Notes: generated from the sequence alone by a model not told the origin. Counted from the stretch's first letter, positions 53,995 to 63,267 are shown. The stretch is 64,000 nucleotides of DNA from Nitrosopumilus sp. (GCA_965205425.1 CBDBGZ010000009.1:192001-256000); one strand, 5' to 3'. Numbers and translations are program-made.

Positions 53995-55331
53995 TAACCA
54001 TATGTGCCAAAATCAGCTAGGAAATTAGATGGTACTTGCATTCGTATCAAGAAAGTAAGAAATGCAAACAAACACACTACCCTTCCTGAAAAAAAATATT
54101 TGATGTTTGTAGGATTGGATGTTCACAAGAACTCTGTACAGGTGGCAGCAGTAGATGAGATTGGCAAATTATTATTTAACAAAAAGATTTCCAGTGATTT
54201 TTCTGCTATTAGCAAAATTACATCCAAAATTCCAAAGAACGCAAAATATGTTTTAGAGTCATCATCTGTCTGGTATGGCCTTTATAGACACATGACAGAC
54301 AAATTACATCTTGATGTTATACTATCTAATCCATACAACACAAAGATAATAGCATCATCACTCAAAAAGACTGATAAAATTGATGCGTACCATCTTGCAA
54401 ATTTGCTACGAGGAGGATACATTGCAGAATCATTTGTGCCAGATCACACAATTGTGCAATACAGACAGCTTGTAAGACATCGACACAAGATTGTGCGCAT
54501 CATTGTAAAGATGAAGAATTCCATACATGGTATTACACTACAGGAGGGAATCCATATCAAAGCAACACCATTTTCCTCAGAACACATACGTGCACTTGGA
54601 AAATTGGAGAGTTATAGAATAGATTCGTACCTACAAAGCATAAAATTTCACAAAAAGGAGGTTGCAAAAATAGATTCCATGATACGTCGCATGGTAAATG
54701 ATAATCCTGACGTGTGTATTTTGACATCAATACCTGGAGTTGGACCATACACTGCATTGAGCATATTCTCAGAAATTGCAGAGATTAGTAGATTTTCAAA
54801 TTCTCGCAAGTTATGTGCATATGCAGGGATTGTTCCATCGGTGAGAAATTCTGCAGATACAATACATCACGGAAGAATTACAAAGAGAGGAAGCACCATG
54901 CTAAGATGGTTGCTAGTGGAGGCAATTCATGCACATGTTAGATGCGCACCAGATAGCGACATTACAAAATTTTACAATCGCATTAAGAAAAAGAGAGGGA
55001 CCTCAAAGGCAGCAGTTGCTGCTGCATCAAAGTTATTGCGTGTCATATATTGGATGCTAAAAGAGAGGAGAGAATTTATTCAATGTCATCAATAATTTGT
55101 AAAACATTACAGTTAGGAGTTTGGCCGCGTTTTCACATTGAGGATGCATAATACCTCGAAACTATAACCGCGGTTTCACCTAATAAATGGATGAAGATGG
55201 TACTGAGGGAGATCCTCGAATAGATATGTGTCCGGTTTCATCTTTTGAAAATGAATGGGATCATCTCTAGCGGTAGCCATTCTCATGTGTTGCAAAAGAG
55301 TGCAAATGTTTTTAAAGATTTCACATAGATA
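53995..55331 (+). mobile_element. IS110-B (transposase 54004-55095, intact)
   Basis: VGLDVHK, KTDKID motifs; ends TA-ACCATATGTG and CACATAGA-TA. Confidence 0.92.
55096..55329 (+). ncRNA. Bridge/seek RNA candidate of IS110-B
   Basis: 3' ~150 nt nearly identical to IS110-A; 5' target loop differs. Confidence 0.72.
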
Positions 55332-56453
55332 TGTGAATAAGAAGACAAGGAAATCAGATAGCATAAAAAATGAATCTAACAGTTCCAAAACTTGCAGTGT
55401 ACTCTCTCCAAAAAAGATTACAAACAAACAGATTAGGAAAAATCCAAAGAAAGGCATGTTTGTGGGCATTGATCTGCACAAAAAGTTTCTTCAAGTAGCA
55501 ATAATGGATGATACAGGCAAAGTATCACAAAACGACAAAGTGGATAACACTCATGAATCCATCAAAAAGTATTTTACAAAAATACCAATTTCTGCAAATA
55601 TTGTCATGGAATCCTCATCAGTCTGGTATGACACGTATCGATTTCTGACAGATACTTTGGGATACAAAAACGTCACACTCTCAAACCCATATTTGACAAA
55701 GGCAATTGCTGCATCAAAAAAGAAAACAGACAAGATTGATGCCAAGATATTGGCAGATCTTTTACGAGGAGGATACATTGCCAAATGCTATGTTCCAGAC
55801 AAAAAGATTGTACAACAAAGACAGCTTGTAAGATATAGGAAAAAACTAATCCAATGGAGAACATCTGTCAAGAATTCAGTTCATGGAATATTGTTACAAG
55901 AAGGAATCAAGATTCCAGGAGTTACATTCACTGAAACATACAACAGAAGACTCAAGGCACTAGGAGATTACAGAATAGACGGATTCTTGCAACAAATCAG
56001 CCACACCTTAATTTACAGATTGCAGAGATTAATTCCAAAGTGTATGCTGCTGTAAAAGTTAATCCTGATGCAATTTTAATAAACTCGATTCCAGGAATTG
56101 GGCATTATTCTTCGCTTGTCATTGCATCAGAGATTGCAGATATTGAAAGATTCAATGATTCTCACAAACTGTGTGCATATGCAGGAGTTGTACCATCAGT
56201 TAGAAACTCTGCAGATACAATACACCATGGCAGAATAACAAAACGAGGAAGCATGACATTGAGATGGGTTCTAACCGAGTGTATACACACTCATGCAATA
56301 CATGCCAAAGATAGTGACATTACAAAATTTTACAATCGCATTAAAAAGAAAAGAGGATCATCCAAAGCTGCAGTAGCTGGTGCATCAAAGATCCTGAGGG
56401 TGATTTATTGGATGTTAAAGGAGAGGAGAGAATTTGTACAAAATTATAGTTAG

Positions 56454-56655
56454 GACTGCAAGTCGCGTTGTAATTATTGAGGGACAAGGCCTCGTTTGAT
56501 AACTGCGAACAATCCTAACTAGGATGAAGATAGCATTGAGAGAATAGTCTCGTATGGATACATGTCTGCCATCTTTTGATTGAAACCATTCTCTAGCGAA
56601 AGCTATGCCCTGATGTATGGAAAGAGAGGAAATGTATAAAAACAATTCACATGGA
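56454..56655 (+). ncRNA. Bridge/seek RNA candidate of IS110-C
   Basis: Same architecture; guides TGTAATT and TGATA match its flanks; ATGGATA matches its own right end. Confidence 0.72.
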
Positions 56656-57019
56656 TAAATTACAAAAAGAGATTACAGAGCTAAAGAAGAAATTATCCTA
56701 CTATGAGAACCCAAACTCTCCACCATCATCTGATTCTCTCCACTGGAAAAAACAAAAGAAAGAACGAAAATCAACTCATCCAAACAAACCAGGACAAAAG
56801 CCAGGACATGATGGTAAAACTCACAGCTTCAAACCCACAAAAACAATTCATCATGATTCAAAGAAATGCTCAAACTGTGGCAGTAAAAAATAACTCAAAC
56901 TACACAACAAACTCGAATCATTGCAGAAATCCCAAAACCGCAACCAGTTACCATAACAAAACATGTTATTCCTTCTTACTTTTGCAACAATTGTGGAAAT
57001 ACAACAGTTACTGATTGCC

Positions 57020-58046
57020 GGGTGTGTCCTAAAAGTAGACAAATATAACAATTTTATTCAATTCTGTAACATATTGATCGCATGGAATCACAACAACTAT
57101 GCAAAACAAATCAAAAAGAGACTGGCAAGTATATGGCACATATCGCAAGGATGAGGAGATTCTATTCTTGGAAAAAGTAAAGAAGACAGTTTGGAGTATG
57201 GATACACCATGGGAACCAAAGACAGGCGGACGTCCTGCATTTCCAACAAAAGCAAAGATAATGTGTGCAATGCTAAAGGTAAAGTTTGGATTGGATTATC
57301 GTTCCATGGAGTCCCACTTGAGATCAAGGCCGGATCTGTTGGAAATAATGGAGCTCAAAAAAGCACCAAGCAAGACTGTCATTAATGACAGTCTAAAAAG
57401 AATTCCAATGCCTTATTTGAAAAAGGTAAACGCAAAACTCACAGAACCAATCAAAAAAAAGACATAGCTCCTGACAGTTCAGGATTTGGTACCAAAAGAT
57501 GTGAGGCTTGGTTTGACATCAAGACAAACACGCACAAATCCAAGAAATTATATCTAAAACTGCACATCCTAATTGCAATACAGTCCATGGCAATAGTATC
57601 TTTTGACATTACTAAAGGAACTCGTGGTGATGCACCAATTCTCAAAAAATTAATCAAAGACATTCCAAAGGGAATTGGTGATTTTTGTGCAGATCCTGCA
57701 TATTTGTCACGAGACATTTGCAATATGGTAGCTACTCTGCAAAAGATACCATACATCAAACCAAAGAAGAACACAGTTAGAAATCCCAAAGGCTCTGCAT
57801 CATGGAAAAAAAATGATAACATTATTCCAGGACAATCAAGATGAATTTGACAGACATTATCACAAGAGGTCACTTGTTGAATCAGTATTTGCAGTACTCA
57901 AAAGAATCTTTGGAAATAGCTTGTCATCAAAAAACAAGTTGGTTCAAAGAAAAGAGTTGGCGTTGCGTGTAATTTGTTACAACATACGAGTTGTTAATTT
58001 GATGGGGGTTACAAAACATGTTAGAGGATAGTTTTAGGACACACCC
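57020..58046 (+). mobile_element. Second copy of the IS5-like element at 21672-22697 (extra frameshift)
   Basis: Same TIRs; extra A near 57810; no TSD. Confidence 0.92.
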
Positions 58047-58076
58047 TCTTTACGCAGAAGGGATATTAACGGTTCT

Positions 58077-58526
58077 TTGTTCGACATACCAATTAAAGAC
58101 CCTCACGTAGGACTTGTTGAAATTCTAAATAATCTACCAGTTAACGGAATGGAATATTTACCGAATCGAGTTATGGGATTCTTTGAAGTGTTGTTCCCCG
58201 ATTATGTTCCTGAAAATCTAAGAAATTTTTTGATAACTATAAAACAAGTAGAAAACAATCCATCATTATTACAATTCTCAAAACATGAAGCAGTAGATAC
58301 TAGTGCAAAATCCATAAAAATAGGACTGGAATCCAAAGGATCAAATGATGAATGGTTTGAAATTCTTAATTCAATAGGATGGATAAACACCGCTGGAAAA
58401 ACAACTCAAAACATCAATGAATTTACCAGTGGTCTAGTATTGCCAAAAGGACAATCACAACTAAGGGCAGTATTACAACTATTGGGGAATCTAAAAATAT
58501 CTGCTGATGTCGTATTGTCGAACTGA
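58077..58526 (+). CDS. Hypothetical protein, probably 5'-truncated by the IS
   Basis: ORF abutting the IS end. Confidence 0.5.
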   Translation: MFDIPIKDPHVGLVEILNNLPVNGMEYLPNRVMGFFEVLFPDYVPENLRNFLITIKQVENNPSLLQFSKHEAVDTSAKSIKIGLESKGSNDEWFEILNSIGWINTAGKTTQNINEFTSGLVLPKGQSQLRAVLQLLGNLKISADVVLSN

Positions 58527-58563
58527 TTTTATCCTCATATATCAGTTATAATCATACAATACT

Positions 58564-58701
58564 ATGACTATAGGATATTGTGTAAAGTGCAAATCAAAGA
58601 GAACTATGAAAGGTGCAACCAAAACAAAGATGAAGAACGGTAGACCTGCAACTAAAGGCAAGTGTACAAAATGCAATACTGGTATGTTTAGAATTGGTTA
58701 A
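58564..58701 (+). CDS. DUF5679-like small Zn-binding DNA-binding protein (45 aa)
   Basis: MTIGYCVKCKSKRTM...MKNGRPATKGKCTKCNTGMFRIG; not in the ORF track. Confidence 0.8.
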   Translation: MTIGYCVKCKSKRTMKGATKTKMKNGRPATKGKCTKCNTGMFRIG

Positions 58702-58707
58702 GATAAA

Positions 58708-58986
58708 ATGAAAAAACTAAACAAAGAAAATATATCAAAAATAAAAAATGTTTCAGGATATTACAAAATTTTCAACAAAAATAGAAAATTGGAATATGTA
58801 GGGGTATCTAAAGTATTACGTCATAGGTTACAATCATACTATCAAAAAGACGATTTCACAGTAAATAAAACTAAAAGGTCTCTTAGACCACACGCAAAAA
58901 ATTTCACTGTAGCATATATGGGCATTAATCAGGCTAGAAGACTTGAAAAAGAAATGAAAAAAAACACGCCACATAATAAATTATGA
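58708..58986 (+). CDS. Stand-alone GIY-YIG-like nuclease domain
   Basis: SGYYKIF...YVGVSKVLRHRLQSY...LEKE...PHN. Confidence 0.75.
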   Translation: MKKLNKENISKIKNVSGYYKIFNKNRKLEYVGVSKVLRHRLQSYYQKDDFTVNKTKRSLRPHAKNFTVAYMGINQARRLEKEMKKNTPHNKL

Positions 58987-58995
58987 GATGAAAAT

Positions 58996-59187
58996 TTGTC
59001 TGAATTCAAATCGTATCGAAAAAAACCAATAATCATAAGAGCAAAACAAATGAATGAACCATTTGAGGTCAAAACAATGGAAGGAACGATGAAAGGAAAA
59101 ACAGGTGATTATTTAGTAGTTGGAATCAAAAATGAAAAATATCCGATTGATAAAGATATTTTTGAAAAAACATATAATCCAATTTAA
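58996..59187 (+). CDS. Small phage-type protein (PGDYG-like)
   Basis: YRKKPIIIRA...TMEG...GDYLVVG...YPIDKDIFEKTY. Confidence 0.75.
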   Translation: MSEFKSYRKKPIIIRAKQMNEPFEVKTMEGTMKGKTGDYLVVGIKNEKYPIDKDIFEKTYNPI

Positions 59188-59523
59188 TTTTTCTAAAATT
59201 TAGGGATTAACTGAACAAATTAGGATGTTTTTATATCACATTAGTGGACTGGTAACAGATGGAAAATTCCACCAAGATCAGAATTAAAGATAATCCTTTG
59301 TTGAAATTGTTAAGTCGAATTGGTAAGTTGAGAATAGGTCGAGTTGGATTGACTGAAATTTTAATTATTCTTACTTTGATTTTCATTATAGGAAAACTAT
59401 TGTAAATTCTATATACCCAGCAAACGCATGGCGTTGTAATCCATTTTTCCAAGCCTCTTAGGATTTTCCCTTTTGAGCCTCTATATTTTGAAAATAATCT
59501 AAAAGTGTAAAGATAACCTACCT

Positions 59524-59809
59524 TTTACAAAAATAATTTCCAATATCGCTCTAGCAACACAGCATTCTCTTCACAATTCTTGGATTCTCTGTTTTTGTTA
59601 TGCAATTGTAATATACTGCAAGTTGATACACCAACACGCAAACCAATACAAATGATTTCACGTTGTCAAATCCTTTCACATGTACAGTTCTAATGTTGAA
59701 CGTATCTTTGAATATTTCAAATAAAGGTTCAATTGAAACTTTTCTTTGTGAGTACAACTCTTGACCAATTACAGAATTGTAAAACTCTACGAGTGTTATT
59801 CTCTCTGGT
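59524..59809 (-). mobile_element. Transposase 3' remnant of the 60632-61775 family
   Basis: QELYSQRKVSIEPLFE...KRMLCC. Confidence 0.8.
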
Positions 59810-59854
59810 GGCAAAAAAATACGCAAAAAGTATAAGTGTTGATGGCCTTTTGTA

Positions 59855-60457
59855 TTGGAATCTTTTTTATTAAAATCTATATTACTGTATAATGAATTCA
59901 AAATATTGCCAATCGAATCACTCATGTTTTATTTTACTGGAGAAAATGCATTGACAAATCTAGCAGCAGTTGTAACTATTTTATCTCTTGGCATATCTTC
60001 AATTTTATATTTTGTTAAGAGATGGCATGACACTTCAACTGAAAAAAGAAGGGCTTCTAAAAATCTCTATACGGAACTCGATGATGCTTTGGACGGATTA
60101 GATGAAAAGATATACACCAATGATCTTAGAAAGATAAAACTTAACGATAAAGATTATGCGTATTTTATGAATCGCAGACTGAATCATGATTTTTATGATA
60201 GTTTAATTTTTTCAGGAAAAATAAACTTCCTAAAATCAGAACTACAACAGTCAGTACAGGATATATTTCAAATTATAAAGGATCATAATTTTTATCTTAA
60301 AAAAATCAGAGACATTGAAGATAATGCAAGAGTTGGAGATGATATATCTTCCATAACAAAACGATACTATGAACAGTTAGATAAAGATGAGAAATCTCTA
60401 CTAGAACGTATTCCAAAAATGAAAGAAAAACTCAAGAAAGAATTTAAGATAAAATAA
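59855..60457 (+). CDS. Membrane-anchored hypothetical protein
   Basis: TM plus coiled coil; true start probably ATG 59924. Confidence 0.6.
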   Translation: MESFLLKSILLYNEFKILPIESLMFYFTGENALTNLAAVVTILSLGISSILYFVKRWHDTSTEKRRASKNLYTELDDALDGLDEKIYTNDLRKIKLNDKDYAYFMNRRLNHDFYDSLIFSGKINFLKSELQQSVQDIFQIIKDHNFYLKKIRDIEDNARVGDDISSITKRYYEQLDKDEKSLLERIPKMKEKLKKEFKIK

Positions 60458-60631
60458 TTGATTATTTCTTCTTTGGTCTGGAATTTGCAGGCATTTCAGC
60501 ACTTGTAGTGCTAGATACTCCTTCTCTGCTACCTATGAACTCTTTACCATGTTCTTTGGTTCTAAGATGTTTTGGACTTTCATCAGTCATGATGTGATTA
60601 CTGTCTTGAATTATTTAAACTCTAACTAATA

Positions 60632-61775
60632 TGAGACATGGGCATAACTAATTCTAATTTTTGAGTCAATTCTCAAATTATTCAAATAGAAAAAGCTAAG
60701 GATCTTATCATGTTTTGTTCATTGTAATGTCAAAACAAATGAAAATCCCTAACAAGATTCTATCGGAATCATTTCTTATTGGTATGTTACATTTGGTGGG
60801 AATGTTGTCTTTGTATGAAGAGATACTGAAAACTTGGTAGACCGTACGTATACTCTACAATTCTAATGGTACAGCTGTCCATCATAAAATCTTGGATGAG
60901 AATTCCTAGTAACAATACATTACATTATTTCCTTTCAATCAAACCTTCCAATGACAAACTGCTCAAGGTTTGCAAATTAACTCAAATTCCAGACAGAAGA
61001 ACTATTGACAGACGATTTCAATTTCTACCCATTAGTGACATGATTAGTACCATGGGCAACAAATTCATCTCAGAGGGATTGGTGGAAAATGTTTCAGCAT
61101 CAGGGGATAGTTCAATGCTAAAAGCAGATGGTCCAGTATGGCACAAATCAGACATAAAGAACAATCGTCTACCAATCCCAGGAATTGATACTGATGCAAA
61201 ATGGGGTTTTTCAAAATCAAAGGGTTGGATATTTGGATACAAACTGCACATGAGTTGCAGTACTGGAAAACTGATAGTTCCATTGTCTGCTGATGTTTCA
61301 ACTGCAAATGTTTCTGATGGTAAAATGTATGAAACGTTAGTCAAACCACTTGCAGGACTAGTTGAAAATGTTCTATGTGATGTGCCATATGATGATAAAT
61401 CATTATATCAGTTTAGTGATGGGAGACATTTGAGATTGATTTGTCCTATCAAAATATATCCATCAACACCGCCAGAGCGAATCAAACTTGCAGATTTTTA
61501 TAATTCTGTACAAGGTCAAGAGTTGTACTCACAAAGAAAAGTCTCAATTGAACCTTTATTTGAAATATTCAAAGATACGTTCAACATTAGAACTGTACAT
61601 GTGAAAGGATTTGACAACGTGAAATCATTTGTATTGGTTTGTGTGTTGGTGTATCAACTTGTAGTATATTACAACTGTATAATTGGAGCAGAAAATCCAA
61701 GAACTGTAAAGAGAATGCTTTGCTGTTAGGAAATGACTGAGAGTTATTTTTGTAAATAATTATGCCCAAGTCTCA
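60632..61775 (+). mobile_element. IS4/IS5-superfamily DDE element, transposase degraded at the 5' end
   Basis: TIR TGAGACWTGGGCATAA; DSS, GYKLH and RKVSIE motifs. Confidence 0.85.
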
Positions 61776-62136
61776 GATATTTTGGTACAAGTTCCAAGTC
61801 ATTATGAGAATGAATATTTTTTTCAAAGTAATTCTCAGATGGACCCATTACAACATAGTGAGATAACACATTAAATGCCCCGTTTGATTTTATTGGTTCT
61901 GCCCTGAACCCTTGGCAGGTATCTGAACCCTTGAATTTGAAAACAAAATGGCTTGCATCTCCAGGGTACAATGAACCATCAGGATTGTTTCGGAATTGTC
62001 CTCCATATGAAATAGGAAATAGTTTTCCGTCAATACTAACACTGCATGGTTTTTCTAAACTCTGATGAGTTGCATATGCGGTAGTAACAACAATCGGAAT
62101 GAATAATAGTAAAAATAACAAGAGAATAATTTTCAC
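61776..62136 (-). pseudogene. 5' part of a secreted protein truncated by the IS
   Basis: Signal peptide; ORF runs into the TIR. Confidence 0.6.
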
Positions 62137-62187
62137 AGTTTCAAATGAAAATTAAGTGTAAAAAGGAAGAATTTAGAAAATAACCCA

Positions 62188-62349
62188 TCAAGATATTGAA
62201 ACTTTGCCTGATTTTTCTATGGTAAATGTTACAGTATCTGGAATGTTAAGGAATTGATCTAAAGGTTTTGGTAATGTCATCTTGACATCTTTTCCAACTC
62301 GGTTAACACTTACTGTAAATTTTGTTGCACCTTCTTTCCATTTTGGCAT
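62188..62349 (-). CDS. AbrB/MazE-like swapped-hairpin DNA-binding protein (53 aa)
   Basis: MPKWKEGATKFTVSVNRVGKDVKMTLPKPLDQFLNIPDTVTFTIEKSGKVSIS; upstream TATAAATA; not in the ORF track. Confidence 0.75.
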   Translation of the reverse strand: MPKWKEGATKFTVSVNRVGKDVKMTLPKPLDQFLNIPDTVTFTIEKSGKVSIS

Positions 62350-62375
62350 ACATAACAGTACAAATACTACTATTT

Positions 62376-62417
62376 ATATTCTACCTAATACATAACGTTA
62401 ACATATTCTACCTAATA
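62376..62417. promoter_or_regulatory. Direct repeat ATATTCTACCTAATA x2 in a divergent promoter (putative operator)
   Basis: Exact 15-mers at 62376 and 62403, between the AbrB-like gene and the tRNA. Confidence 0.65.
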
Positions 62418-62429
62418 ATTAATATTTGT

Positions 62430-62500
62430 GGGCCAGTAATTCGAAGGTCGAATCTCTAGTCGTCAACTAGAAGGCTCGGGTTCGATTCCCGACTGGTCCA
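62430..62500 (+). tRNA. Atypical tRNA: anticodon GTC (Asp) on an Ala-type acceptor (G3:U70, A73), with C33
   Basis: GGGCCAG/CTGGTCC-A; D ATTC/GAAT; AC TCTAG-TCGTCAA-CTAGA; T TCGGG-TTCGATT-CCCGA. Confidence 0.85.
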
Positions 62501-62535
62501 CGTAATGTTTATTTAGAAATGATATGTAGAATAAT

Positions 62536-62580
62536 TAGTTGACGACTAGATGTTAGTTCGCCTTTGAACTAGCCTTTTTT
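62536..62580 (+). ncRNA. Sequence antisense to the 5' half of the upstream tRNA, ending in a hairpin and T6
   Basis: TAGTTGACGACTAGA is the exact reverse complement of 62455-62469; degenerate complementarity continues through the D arm and acceptor. Confidence 0.55.
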
Positions 62581-62655
62581 CTATTTTCTGAAAATTTTAG
62601 AGGGGTTTAACATCTAGGCATAATTTCAAAAAATCATTACACCATTGAGTTTTTG

Positions 62656-62897
62656 TGCGTAAGTAAATTTTGTGACAATATCGTATTGTGCCATCGGGCT
62701 GAAATGAGGTTTGATTGTTCCATTTACGAACAAAAGCTAAACCCGCCCTGAATTTTGGGAATTGTAAAAAATTCACATCATGCCTGATGTGAATACAATA
62801 ATTGAGGGGGTGAATATTTACGCATAAGTTTTTTCCAATTTTACATATTTGATAGGGGGTTTAGCTTTTAGGCACAAATTTGGTCATTAACAAATTT
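62656..62897 (+). ncRNA. Candidate large multi-stem structured RNA with possible pseudoknot
   Basis: Stems 62686-92/62871-77, 62732-44/62857-69, 62771-80/62785-94; two small hairpins; 62656-65/62815-24 pairing; G-U pairs favour + strand. Confidence 0.55.
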
Positions 62898-62931
62898 TAT
62901 TAATTCATCATGTAATAATAAATTAGAAACA

Positions 62932-63019
62932 CGTCAGGAATGGGATTCGAACCCATGAAACCGATGTACTCAGCAAAGAGATTTTCAATCTCTCGGTATT
63001 ACCACTAACCGATCCTGAC
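62932..63019 (-). tRNA. Atypical class II tRNA: anticodon GAA (Phe) with long variable arm and G73 (Ser-type body)
   Basis: GTCAGGA/TCCTGAC-G; D GGT/ACC; AC AGAGA-TTGAAAA-TCTCT; 20-nt variable region with GCTGA/TCGGT stem; T ATGGG-TTCGAAT-CCCAT; upstream TTAAATA. Confidence 0.85.
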
Positions 63020-63267
63020 GAGTTTTCTTCTAAAAATTCCTATTTAAGAATTGGTTCTGATGTATTCAAGTGAATAAAATCTTAGAATATTCAACCTTTA
63101 AAAAATAGAAATTTGTATTATTATTACGGTTCCGTTGGTGTAATGCTGACTATGAGACTTGGAAACAAGAGCTCAGGGATCGACTTTATCTTTCAACATT
63201 TCAATATATGAAAAAATAACTAATATTGTAAAATTTCATAAAACCTCTATTTCTCATTATTCTCACA

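Larger units (their letters stand above)
53989..56657 (+). mobile_element. IS110-C (transposase 55333-56453, frameshifted) with IS110-B inserted in its left end
   Basis: TA cores at 53989 and 56656; target-loop guides match both flanks. Confidence 0.85.
53914..57019 (+). pseudogene. IS66-like transposase remnant interrupted by IS110-C/B and cut by an IS5-like element
   Basis: YENPNSPPSSD, KPGQKPGH, CSNC motifs at 56658-57019; frame DGGD|KLQKE restored by removing the IS110s; GTAA-starting end at 53914 is tentative. Confidence 0.6.

Noticed and set aside
55255..55332. N-terminal extension of the IS110-C transposase
   Set aside because: Lies in the non-coding right end of IS110-B; the GTG at 55333 matches the start used by IS110-A
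62430..62897. tmRNA, SRP RNA or RNase P RNA
   Set aside because: The Ala-type tRNA is a complete cloverleaf with an anticodon arm; I could not find the SRP helix-8 or RNase P P4 motifs
63139..63170. Hammerhead ribozyme
   Set aside because: CTGACTA does not match the CUGANGA core and the stems do not fit
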